A stretch of 64,000 nucleotides of DNA from Barthelona sp. PCE (lineage: Eukaryota). Below are positions 12,301 to 20,109 of the stretch, in pieces (position 1 is the stretch's first letter; the number at the start of each line of letters is the position of its first letter). The position numbers and the translations under genes were made by a program. Where the stretch lies: assembly GCA_040285745.1 (NCBI GenBank), contig JAUFOR010000002.1:1736001-1800000 (forward strand), written 5' to 3'. The notes beneath the pieces were generated by a model. The model did no database searches. It was not told where the DNA came from and worked only from the letters and a program-made list of their open reading frames with translations.

Positions 12301-13379
12301 TCACCTTGAAGCATTTCGACGGTTTTGTTGTGCATTTTTTCAACATTCTTTTTGACAGTCATGAAAAGACGATCAAGTACATCAAAGCATTTGCTTAAAT
12401 GTCCGAAAAGAACAAGAACACTGTTAAGCGCACCAACTACATCTGAAAATCTTACACCATCGGCTCCCTCAAGTCGCTGTGTTATCATATTGGTTGTCCT
12501 ACCTTGAAGTTCACTGAACTTCTTGATGAGTCGTGAGTATGACTCTGATTTTTGTGTAAGCAAGTTTTTTGTGTCATCTAACTCTTTCATGAGTTCTTTA
12601 TGAGCCCTGTTTAGCTCATTGTTATTTTGCTGCTCAGTTGTATACTTAACTTTCAACAAATTACTCTTCTTAATCAACTCATCATAACGCTGTTGCATGA
12701 TTTGACTGCTTGTAGTCACCGATTGGATGCGGTTCTTCAGGCCCATTACTTCTTCAGCATTCCATCTCTCATCGGCATCATGACGTTCCTGCATAGTAAT
12801 ATCTTGGCCGTCTAACGTACTCAAACTATTAATATGATATATGACAAACGAACGATAATCGGCTAGAAGCGTCATGGGTGAACCAGAAAATGATAATCGT
12901 AAAACACCCGTATCATACAATGAAGTGAGCGTGTTATGATATGTTTGAATGTTTGTATTTGAAAGGTCCAGTTGCTTGACTTCGTGTGAAATTTTGAGGC
13001 CGTTGAGAGATTCTATAGGATTACCACTGAAATCAAGAGTGCGTAAGTGCGCCAGAGAGGAAAGATCACAATCAAATACAGTGAGCTTGTTATTAGCCAT
13101 ATTCAGCTCCTTTATGTTCATAAGATTATCAACATGCTTGAGAGAGCTTATTTGATGGTTAGAAACATCAAGATGAGAAAGTTGTCTCAATTGCTTAAAG
13201 AATGCAGAGTCAAATTCAAGGAAACATCGGTCGCTGTCTGCAAGGGCGTTCCTATTCATTGAAATTCTTTTGATATGGCCGAGCTCACGAAAATTTTGCG
13301 GACTGGCGTAACTTCGAATAGAGTTCGTCGACCAAAACATCTTGCCCAGCATCGTGTCAATAATCACATCGGGATCCAT
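6339..13379 (-). CDS. Centriolin/CEP110-like LRR + giant coiled-coil protein (2346 aa)
   Basis: N-terminal LRRs (LDVSNHQI, LNMANNKL, LDFSGNPI) with an LRR cap PMTLLADYRSFVIYHINSLSTLDGQDITMQER resembling centriolin, then ~2000 aa of coiled coil. Confidence 0.7.
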   Translation of the reverse strand: MDPDVIIDTMLGKMFWSTNSIRSYASPQNFRELGHIKRISMNRNALADSDRCFLEFDSAFFKQLRQLSHLDVSNHQISSLKHVDNLMNIKELNMANNKLTVFDCDLSSLAHLRTLDFSGNPIESLNGLKISHEVKQLDLSNTNIQTYHNTLTSLYDTGVLRLSFSGSPMTLLADYRSFVIYHINSLSTLDGQDITMQERHDADERWNAEEVMGLKNRIQSVTTSSQIMQQRYDELIKKSNLLKVKYTTEQQNNNELNRAHKELMKELDDTKNLLTQKSESYSRLIKKFSELQGRTTNMITQRLEGADGVRFSDVVGALNSVLVLFGHLSKCFDVLDRLFMTVKKNVEKMHNKTVEMLQGEKSLNETPVFGNLVSQDLTSLGSSLDQIREIEQEFDNLQTQLILADVDDQININMKLDELVLRKERLMNEQTSTIQRISATPHLANRTPMVRGKLPTVDATPIQNEDENCDFDRSTIQELMELTGTLLESVRKDMKTYTTFIDPVKQFIFKLDEIFCNSSYDVDLESDYERIITQLNSVDIPELDVFEFQSFDTFGDYLQLFIEKSIDLSRKVAEKERNSQLLTELHDLRDDKTRLQDKIFKLEKDFMQNSGLQGALEDERNRYLELRGEFDTCYDSSIELQRELDQMNGRYQKIYADHNSCAERIHNLEAEKTHLSAQLKAFDGTKRAEIDRITEQRDSLENDLHNTRRDLDSITTELDELTKKFSDVVKQNAQLNEERAVLERAKGVEIANATDFERSIHDREEELKQKQIELDELSSKYNSLNVKHRDLESDYTQQRNDLKRSRDRNVELVAETESLAKLIHTLENTQDEFENSIDEYDDKIAKLEQSLKDTTGKLNEQFAVTKDKEQQLKTLQDELTRTQSELQNGNAALSNAKSMIETLEQEKPAVSDEIIKMSNSVSNLHSQLTMKAEKITELQGLLVIEREKHNTLQDERDRLEDEIKQAKIDRDEEVEELNETIVTLKATINQNQKASQNDINDHAEKYSKLEQDYRHLQRSSDLLETELSSEKKEMQAKIDEYALLNSEANLEIKRLQANVDDDRSEQLQTEVDRMRDELLKVKAERDEYQRAMTEQSETVNKYVEDAKSMLEEAMVYKEDYNNLKEINITLKADINDVNSKNLELTAEVDKLQTENEKISERLSVSQRSLDEELEKNADLQDEMCDMRNDIITSGSMHSSLVKSQQDLQKLTDTIEKLKKDHEDETDRLISDCSATEVDLKAKISSLRDNCEALELDNHEHVHKLRQQSAEISVSIDRIQHLEETITEKERRIRLLETDISVLNEKEEEWRREQSGLATLQTKHKILTETYEKEKSDHERLKKRYDELDALVESTQRDDTFENKYDNMLAKYNMLNDKYRQTRSDIDDLNSTISTFKLERVTLFEELNLEKDHKEKVEKELETVKQKLDTLQNEQNEQNELIDDLNMTIGSLHETKERLLNDQKQLLTQSENLRKQAQESDEQAARLNERVLQLAEFPQKYEEVVVKRDTAVKERDSALTDVNANVLKINNLECKLREATEQIDAALLERDSTVDDYQKQQRNYIILDEKYTNLSKEKQDLSKENQNLYKNNASLNDKLKSTMEELSSLEKERDSIILKLDTIQKKHDIANDELINIRNERDALVEKCEELSEKKNDAEQVYTDQRITKLVADNSELRLEVSDLKQQLKDTEEDYQIVERSTARMFEEQTVQLNAVKIHCEDLERQLSETTQLYEAVKQNADIADVHNTELDALKLRHEKLSLEHQKTLKHLAEKQRTNEAHSVRVEELQATIADLEKSIREPSPDTTTVDEDESIALASQVSLLRSRLKRVNAQLNQLIHEKEFLAEDIVLLEKAMDRRNKLMDKTNEMNRRLIIEKTEAEDKLRRNALEYLNSLNRDDSSDDMLTIVNKQQVEIRTLKATIVALEAQIEGISHSANTTVEVEKIVEVPVEKIVEKIIEIPVEVEVEKIIEIPVEKIVEKIIEIPVEVEVEKIVEIPVEKIVEVPIDRIVERHIEVPVEKIVEVPVVRKVVDHQQISSLEEIIVDLQKDLSNKEALISEKTNIITDITLEMDSFRNERNINEDEWLQLDEQIQTITAENETLTEEVKKLRSVLAKANDQIKMLRSQNRQQQNLVETVMVAIDKAGVHNELKDIQDRLSLLKDPNVAHKTSNQQRELVDVSGQLQSALHELKMLTSPKKSQESSFAIGELVRELRVKESLISDLQNKNQQLNNQLIVNTKEQANLGTIRQENLRSKSVIMNLKDQVNVLQQELDTTKRDIGSLTKNISSINSHQRIRPLKTPVARSHRTPGTRMSTATPTRHSQFFDIISRLRNEKVVAIEDKLQFE
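7287..7562 (-). repeat. Coding EKIVEVPV-type (alveolin/epiplastin-like) repeat block inside the centriolin-like gene
   Basis: VEKIVEVPVEKIVEKIIEIPVEVEVEKIIEIPV...; a 37-nt segment is identical at 7421 and 7493 (72-bp, 24-aa period). Confidence 0.85.
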
Positions 13380-13465
13380 ATTATAAGATTGCTATTCCGA
13401 TACGAAATGAAAGGGGAATTAAAAAAAACAACATCATAAAAATGATAAAAACTTTATTCATTGAG

Positions 13466-14410
13466 TCAAAGAGTGACTGGTTTTAGTTGAAGGTACTCAA
13501 AATCATCGAATTTTAGAGTTCTCTTTTCATTTGCAATTTCACCAGAATTTTCTTTGAATACTTCATATTCAATTTCATCAGCATCATCCTGCACATCACC
13601 GGGAAAAATGCAAAAACAACCATCTCCACCAAGTAGAACAGGTGTTCTGTAACTAATGCCAAAGTAAATTTTCGAAATCAGTTCTGGACCGTTCATTGAT
13701 AGTTTATATACACAGTTGCCCAACAAAAAAAGATCTTCTGCAACGAAATACCATTTGCTTTCACTTTCATAATCAGTTAAAGTCCATTGAGTTGCTTCTT
13801 TGGTATTAGGATCAATAAAATTAATAATAAATACATCTGTGAGAATGTAAAAACTCCATGATGGATCGAACATATTGACACAAATAACCTCACTATCATC
13901 ATCAGAAACATTCAAGGAATAAATCTCTTTGCATTTATCAAGAACATCAAAGACCTTGTAATAATGCCCAGTCATGACGTGGGCCCACATTCGACTGCCA
14001 TCATGTGAAGGTGCCAAACAGGCTCCACTGTAACAATCATTATAACGTTCATTACAAATAACCTCCTTACCGTTAATATGAACAGTGAATCCCCCATTTG
14101 ACATGGATGTAGAAAGAATATGTCCCTTTTTATAGTCCATAATTTGTATGTTATCATGCACCATAGATTGAATGCTTTCAACGTTGCCCTCCTCATTAAA
14201 ACTAATTAGTTGGGTGATATTGTCTTTGTTTTTGACAGAGCACACTAGGTCATCCATCCAAAATTCATGAAACATACCTAAACCAGTTGCAATTTCAACA
14301 GCATTATCGCTTCTTAAATCAAAATAACGCTTACCAACTATTAACCATCCATTTCTTTCAAATATCATTTGTGTCATATCTTGAAAAGGTAAATAATTAT
14401 TCAACAGCAT
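13466..14410 (-). CDS. Hypothetical protein, possibly beta-propeller-like; start uncertain (alternative ATG at 14377)
   Basis: 314-aa ORF rich in short beta-strand-like segments, no recognised motif; first ATG lies 5 nt after the RPT5 stop. Confidence 0.55.
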   Translation of the reverse strand: MLLNNYLPFQDMTQMIFERNGWLIVGKRYFDLRSDNAVEIATGLGMFHEFWMDDLVCSVKNKDNITQLISFNEEGNVESIQSMVHDNIQIMDYKKGHILSTSMSNGGFTVHINGKEVICNERYNDCYSGACLAPSHDGSRMWAHVMTGHYYKVFDVLDKCKEIYSLNVSDDDSEVICVNMFDPSWSFYILTDVFIINFIDPNTKEATQWTLTDYESESKWYFVAEDLFLLGNCVYKLSMNGPELISKIYFGISYRTPVLLGGDGCFCIFPGDVQDDADEIEYEVFKENSGEIANEKRTLKFDDFEYLQLKPVTL

Positions 14411-14415
14411 ATTTA

Positions 14416-15702
14416 TTAAGAAAAGTAGCTTAAATACTTCTTCTTCTTACCCAAAACGGCAGAAATTCCCTCAACAAAGTCATCATGGAATACCTTTTTA
14501 GCGTTTCTACGTAAAGCAATCATACCAGCTTCAACACAAACGGCCTTTAGCTGCGCACCATTAAATTGATCAGTTGCAGCGGCGATTTCCAGTAAATTCA
14601 CTTCCTTGTCCTTGTGCAAATTCTTCGCATGGATCTGCAGAATTTGTAATCTTGCTTCTTCATTTGGTATAGGTAATTTAATCTTTCTGTCAAGACGTCC
14701 TGAACGCATTAAAGCAGGATCAAGGATGTCAACACGGTTTGTCGCAGCAATGACTTTAACACCATCTGTACGATCAAAACCATCCAATTGATTTAACAAC
14801 TCAAGCATAGTACGTTCAACACCACGACTTCCCTCTCCAGATCTCTTCATACCGATAGCATCAAGCTCATCGATGAAGATGATTGTTGGTTGCTTCTCCT
14901 TCGCAAGTCTAAAAGCGTCTCTCACCAACATAGCTCCTTCACCAACATGTGATTGAACAAGCATTGGTCCTGCAAGTTTCAAAAAGGTTGCGTTAACGTT
15001 AGCCGCACATGCACGTGCCATAAGTGTCTTTCCTGTGCCAGGAGGACCATAAAAAAGAACACCTTTGGGAGCCTCACAACCGACTTTTTCAAAAAGTTCA
15101 GGGTGAGTCATTGGTAACTCAATAGCTTCTTTAATCATCTCAATCTCCTTATCTAAACCACCAATATTGTCCCAGCTCTCCTGAGGTCGCTCATCGAGCT
15201 CCATAGCTTGCACACGAGCATCAAATTCTGTGGGAAGTTTCTCAACAAGCAAGTACGAGTCTCTCTTACATGCAATAAGGTCACCAGTCTTCAGTCCGGA
15301 GTTACGCAGCAAACCTAACACAGGTAGGAACATAGTTCGTGAATCAGAAGCTTTAACAATACATCCTAAACGGCTTTTCGAACCCACATCTACAGTTGAT
15401 GTATCCTCGTCTTCCTCGCCATCAACGTTCTCAGGAGGTAGCTCAATGAGCTCTGATACTGTTGCAACAATATAAGGTAGTGATAAAGAGTGCTTAATCT
15501 TCTTTCTGTTTCGATTCGCTTCCTCCTGCTTCGTCTGCACCTCAACATTGATCTGTTGGATCAGTTGGTTGTAGTAATCGTTTTCGTATGTATATGCAGC
15601 AGCTCTATCTGACATCTCTTGTGTTGTGAGTTCTTCAAGAGCAGAAGCACCTCCTAGGTACTCTATAACCGGATCTGGTTCAGCAAAAATTTCTCCAGAC
15701 AT
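14416..15702 (-). CDS. RPT5: 26S proteasome AAA-ATPase subunit 6A (Rpt5/PSMC3)
   Basis: LPYIVATVSELI OB region, DARVQAMELDERP, GVLFYGPPGTGKTLMARACAA, FLKLAGPMLVQ, IIFIDELDAIG, RSGRLDRKI. Confidence 0.95.
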   Translation of the reverse strand: MSGEIFAEPDPVIEYLGGASALEELTTQEMSDRAAAYTYENDYYNQLIQQINVEVQTKQEEANRNRKKIKHSLSLPYIVATVSELIELPPENVDGEEDEDTSTVDVGSKSRLGCIVKASDSRTMFLPVLGLLRNSGLKTGDLIACKRDSYLLVEKLPTEFDARVQAMELDERPQESWDNIGGLDKEIEMIKEAIELPMTHPELFEKVGCEAPKGVLFYGPPGTGKTLMARACAANVNATFLKLAGPMLVQSHVGEGAMLVRDAFRLAKEKQPTIIFIDELDAIGMKRSGEGSRGVERTMLELLNQLDGFDRTDGVKVIAATNRVDILDPALMRSGRLDRKIKLPIPNEEARLQILQIHAKNLHKDKEVNLLEIAAATDQFNGAQLKAVCVEAGMIALRRNAKKVFHDDFVEGISAVLGKKKKYLSYFS

Positions 15703-15776
15703 GTGATATTGGATGAAAATTTTATTACACTGTTTTTGTGTTCATTACACTTTTCTTCTGTTACACTTGACGTTAA

Positions 15777-16160
15777 ATGAAGAACTATTACGATAGTCTT
15801 CGCAAACCATTCTTTGCACTTTCAACACATATTTGGAAAAGTATATGGATAGGAAATTTCGTATTGCTGACTGTTTTCACTCTGTTTCATTTATTCAACA
15901 AAACCAAAAATTCGAAAAATGATCCTTTAGCGTTCATAATTCTTTTTGATGCATCTCTCTGTCTTTTTCCATTTTTTTTTACTTTTCATATGCTTTTGGG
16001 CTGTTGTTTCAGCATCATTTTTGAGATGTACATTTTGTATCACGTATTTAAACAGTTGGATAGAGAAAAAAATTTTATATCATTAATATATACTGTTGCA
16101 ACTTTTTTTTGGCTGTTCTACTGTTTAATTGTAACCTTTTCCATATTCATCATAAATTAA
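15777..16160 (+). CDS. TspO/MBR (TSPO)-like membrane protein, short form
   Basis: N-terminal YYDSLRKP...IWKSIW resembles the TspO WYxxLxKPxxxPxxxxFxxVW signature; four hydrophobic segments follow. Confidence 0.55.
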   Translation: MKNYYDSLRKPFFALSTHIWKSIWIGNFVLLTVFTLFHLFNKTKNSKNDPLAFIILFDASLCLFPFFFTFHMLLGCCFSIIFEMYILYHVFKQLDREKNFISLIYTVATFFWLFYCLIVTFSIFIIN

Positions 16161-16169
16161 CAACTTATA

Positions 16170-16964
16170 TCATTGCTCAATGGATACCATTCCTTCTTCT
16201 TGTTCAAGTTCTTGTTCTAAACGCAGTTTTTCTTCATAATGACTGGTCAAAACAATAAACTTTTGACGTGTTTGAGGGTTAGTAATCTCTTTAATATCTC
16301 CTACTTCAAGCATATCACCCACAACACTGTTAAACTGTGCTCTACTTGGCATATGTGGTAAAATTGTTCCACAAAAAATATCAATAGATTTAAACAGATG
16401 GTCAATGCTCAACATCACACCCTCATTCCGACGATATACTTCCAGTACACTTTCTTCCAATCTTTGAACTTCAACAGTGGCACCTGTTTCACGTCGTTTT
16501 GCTCGATGAGTTTGCATATCAGGGTCTATAATTGAATAAATACGTTCATCCTCTCGCACTACCGATTCGGTACTACCTAGTTTAAGCCGCTCGCTATGCT
16601 GTAATTGATTAATTTGATTAAGAATATGTGATACATCTTCATGATTCTTTGCATGTAGTGTTTGTATAGGAATAGACACTGTTTTGGATGCCGATGCTCC
16701 GTCTACTATCTCAAGCTTCCCAGATCTTGCATTTTCAGCAACAACAAGTGAACAGTGAGGTGAAGACTTGAGTGTGGGAAATACTAAGGATGGAATAATG
16801 TCTGTGTGAGGCTTAAACGTCGCCTCCTTGAACTTTGACGGATCGGCATCGAATGTACCAATGGCTTGCCCTTCAATTTGTGGTGCGGACTTAAGAAAAA
16901 AGTCAAAGCAAGACTTCAGGGAGTCGTTGAGCGTATACACCCCAAGAACTTCAACTGAACTCAT
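16170..16964 (-). CDS. Hypothetical protein, possible divergent TFIIF beta subunit (RAP30/Tfg2)
   Basis: First in-frame ATG at 16964 (MSSVEV). SLVVAENARSGKLEIVDG resembles the RAP30 dimerisation strands, and a C-terminal winged-helix-like segment ends KFIVLTSHY (cf. WELKPEY). Confidence 0.4.
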   Translation of the reverse strand: MSSVEVLGVYTLNDSLKSCFDFFLKSAPQIEGQAIGTFDADPSKFKEATFKPHTDIIPSLVFPTLKSSPHCSLVVAENARSGKLEIVDGASASKTVSIPIQTLHAKNHEDVSHILNQINQLQHSERLKLGSTESVVREDERIYSIIDPDMQTHRAKRRETGATVEVQRLEESVLEVYRRNEGVMLSIDHLFKSIDIFCGTILPHMPSRAQFNSVVGDMLEVGDIKEITNPQTRQKFIVLTSHYEEKLRLEQELEQEEGMVSIEQ

Positions 16965-17061
16965 CGTTAATGTACAAACTGAATAACTAAACTCTAAAAG
17001 AAAAGGTAAACTTGAAAACACGATTTGAGTTATCTATCTATTTCTTACAAAATACTTCGTA

Positions 17062-19632
17062 ATGATAGAAGTGTTAATGGTGGCAGAGAAGCCATCCGTG
17101 GCTCAATCTATCGCGGCTGCGCTTGCACCGAATGGAAATTACGAATGTACCGGGCATTCCCTTCGCACATACACGTATGAGGGCAAGTTTTTGAATAAAC
17201 GCGCCATGTTCCGCGTCACTGCTGTCACTGGACACATTTTTGGCTGCGATTTCCCTGGTCAATTTAATAATCGTAAAACTGTTGAACCTTTTGAACTTTT
17301 TGATGCTCCCACAACCCGTATCCTACAGGATAACAGTGGAAATGTCATTCGTAATTTGCAAAATAATGCTAAACATTGTAGTTATCTTGTTTTATTCCTT
17401 GATTGTGATCGCGAAGGTGAGAATATCAACTTTGAAGTTATGGATGTGTGTCTCCCGAAGATGCGTAGGATGCCTAATGAGCAGCAGGTATATCGTGCAC
17501 GTTTCTTCTCACTTGTTCCTGGTGAGATTCGTAAAGCAATGAATAATTTAGTAGAACCGAACAGAAATGAAGCTCTTGCTGTAGATGCACGTCAAATCCT
17601 TGATTTAAAACTCGGCTGTGCGATGACGCGATTCCTGACACGATATCTTCAGATGCGGTATGCAAATTTACCACGAACAATATCATATGGCCCTTGTCAA
17701 ATCCCTTGTCTAGGGTTTGTTGTACAGAGGAACAACATCATAAGCAAATTTAAACCTGAAAAATACTGGAAGATGAAGAGCAGCATCAATGTATTAGGAA
17801 GTTCTTTGGCTATTCAGTGGCAACGTGGACGTATTTTTAACCAACACGTCATCACTATGTTCACAAATCTGCTAAAGGAGCGACCTCTAACGGTTACTAG
17901 TGTCAATTCAAACATTGTGAGCCGTTCTCGTCCGCTTCCATTGAACACTGTTGCATTACTGATGAACGCTTCAAACGCAATTGGACTAGGACCCCAGGAC
18001 ACAATGAACATTGCTAACAGGCTCTACCTTAGCGGGTACACCTCATATCCCAGAACCGAGTCTACTGCTTTTTCGAGCGCTTTTCCACACAAACAACATG
18101 TGCGTTCATTAACGGAAGGTTTTATTGCTGACAAGGCACGTACTGTTTTGCGTGATCTGAGAGACCCGCCAAAAGGTTTAAACTGTGGTGATCACCCACC
18201 AATTCATCCTGTACACGCTCCCCGTGCTGGTGAGCTTTCTGGTATTGAAATGCGCGTCTATGATCTCATTGCATCATATTACCTTGCATCCTTATACAAA
18301 CCCATGAAGACACGCCGCGTCACCATCAGTCTTGAATGTGAATTAGAGAATGGTCAGGTTGAGAAGTTCAAAACCGTTGCTACTTCCGTTGTGGACGGCG
18401 GATGGCACTCCATTGTGTATGGTTCCCGTGGTATTGAATGGGATAAGGAGGATGAAGACGGTTATGAAGAGGAGGAAGAAGAAACTGTTGATATTGATGC
18501 CATTGAAAGTATTCAAAAGGGAAATCGCTACTCTTTTGAGGATATTGGTATTGAAATGGCAGAAACAAAGCCACCTGGTAACATCACAGAAGCTCAACTC
18601 ATCCGCCTAATGGAGAAAAACGGAATAGGAACTGATGCTAGTATTGCAACACATATCCAGGCCATTCAAAACAGAAACTATGTCCATCTAGGCTCGGGAA
18701 GAACGCTTGTACCAACTAGACTTGGTCTCTGTTTGATACATGCCTTTCTCAAGATCGATCCGGAGCTGTGTCTACCCAAGGTACGTAGCAGTATCGAAGG
18801 AAGTGTTACTGAGATTGCTAACGGTAATGCATCATTTGAAGATGTTGTGACAGTTTGTATCGAACAATTTAAGCGAAAATACAACTATTTTGTAGAGAAA
18901 ATTGACCTTTTACAAACACTGTTTGGTGATGTTTTTGATAGTATCACGACAGCAACAACAAGCAAGGCAATCGCAAGATGTCCAACTTGCATGCGCTCTC
19001 TTATGCTTGTTCGTACCAGACCTATGCGCATCATGTGTAGTACGTGTCAGACAGAGTTCGATGTACCCGAAGGAGTCGCCAAGATCAGTGAGGGTATCAG
19101 GGATTGTCCTATATGTGAATATCCAATTCTAACACTAACGTTCAATAACAAATCAAAGCGTTCCTACTGCTGCCATTGTTATACGCATCCTCCACCAGCT
19201 GAGATGTTCGAGAACCAGGATGTAGAAGACTTTGAGGATGGTAAGAACATGCACTGTAGTGAATGTCCGCATCCTATTTGTCCACATGCTTCTGCCTCAT
19301 TGGCACCTTGTCCTATGGTTGAATGTGAAGGAGAGATGATTGTAGATCCCGTATTGCCTCGAATTATTTGTTCCTATTGTGGTTTCGGTTTTAAGATTAA
19401 CAAATATAAGAAGATTCTCGGAAATCATAAGGAATGTGAGAAGTGTGAGTGTGGACTTGTCAATGCCAAACGACAGGATGATACGATTGAACGTGACATA
19501 TGCCCCATTTGTGATCTTTCAAGTGAATTAGAAGAGGAAAACCTTGGCATGTACAAGAGGAAGAAATATAAGAGAAAACCATACGACCCCACAAAACCAA
19601 GAAAGAGAAGAGGACGCAAACGTAGACGTTAA
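17062..19632 (+). CDS. TOP3B: DNA topoisomerase III beta (type IA)
   Basis: TOPRIM VLMVAEKPS, LDCDREGENI, SYGPCQ (beta type), catalytic GYTSYPRTES, GIGTDAS, C-terminal CxxC zinc ribbons and basic tail. Confidence 0.92.
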   Translation: MIEVLMVAEKPSVAQSIAAALAPNGNYECTGHSLRTYTYEGKFLNKRAMFRVTAVTGHIFGCDFPGQFNNRKTVEPFELFDAPTTRILQDNSGNVIRNLQNNAKHCSYLVLFLDCDREGENINFEVMDVCLPKMRRMPNEQQVYRARFFSLVPGEIRKAMNNLVEPNRNEALAVDARQILDLKLGCAMTRFLTRYLQMRYANLPRTISYGPCQIPCLGFVVQRNNIISKFKPEKYWKMKSSINVLGSSLAIQWQRGRIFNQHVITMFTNLLKERPLTVTSVNSNIVSRSRPLPLNTVALLMNASNAIGLGPQDTMNIANRLYLSGYTSYPRTESTAFSSAFPHKQHVRSLTEGFIADKARTVLRDLRDPPKGLNCGDHPPIHPVHAPRAGELSGIEMRVYDLIASYYLASLYKPMKTRRVTISLECELENGQVEKFKTVATSVVDGGWHSIVYGSRGIEWDKEDEDGYEEEEEETVDIDAIESIQKGNRYSFEDIGIEMAETKPPGNITEAQLIRLMEKNGIGTDASIATHIQAIQNRNYVHLGSGRTLVPTRLGLCLIHAFLKIDPELCLPKVRSSIEGSVTEIANGNASFEDVVTVCIEQFKRKYNYFVEKIDLLQTLFGDVFDSITTATTSKAIARCPTCMRSLMLVRTRPMRIMCSTCQTEFDVPEGVAKISEGIRDCPICEYPILTLTFNNKSKRSYCCHCYTHPPPAEMFENQDVEDFEDGKNMHCSECPHPICPHASASLAPCPMVECEGEMIVDPVLPRIICSYCGFGFKINKYKKILGNHKECEKCECGLVNAKRQDDTIERDICPICDLSSELEEENLGMYKRKKYKRKPYDPTKPRKRRGRKRRR

Positions 19633-20027
19633 TCAATCGCTGTCATTTCCGCATCTGTATCATCTTCAACATTGAATTCAATAGGTATATCTCTTATTCC
19701 TTGATTTTCATGTACATTTGACACCATCATGTGCATATCGTGTTTATGATCAATTGGTATATCCCTATAATAAACAAAATCATTTTCTGGTTTTTCCTGT
19801 CCATTTTCCCTGTTCAAAACAATATCGTTGTGGTTAATTAGGAAGATAAGATTACGTTCGATGCGATCCATGTAATGCAAAGCTTCAAAAGAACGTCCCA
19901 AATGCTCACATTCCAACGCAGCCCTAAACAAATACTCATTCTCTGTCAATAAGTATTCAGCAAAGTCACGATTAACCACACCTTTGCCATCGTCCAATCG
20001 ATCTAATGCCAACAGAAGAGTTTCCAT
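19629..20027 (-). CDS. SSXT/SS18-domain (SS18/GIF-like) small protein
   Basis: YLLTENEYLFRAALECEHLGRSFEALHYMDRIERNLIFL follows the SSXT pattern LxENxxLIxxIxxxQxxGxxxExxxYQxxLxxNLxYL. Confidence 0.55.
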   Translation of the reverse strand: METLLLALDRLDDGKGVVNRDFAEYLLTENEYLFRAALECEHLGRSFEALHYMDRIERNLIFLINHNDIVLNRENGQEKPENDFVYYRDIPIDHKHDMHMMVSNVHENQGIRDIPIEFNVEDDTDAEMTAID

Positions 20028-20109
20028 TAGAAATGGGTGTTTTTCGGATTAACAAGCTTATCGTTCCATTTGCATTTATTACACATCTTACATTGTATTT
20101 TGTGCGTGA

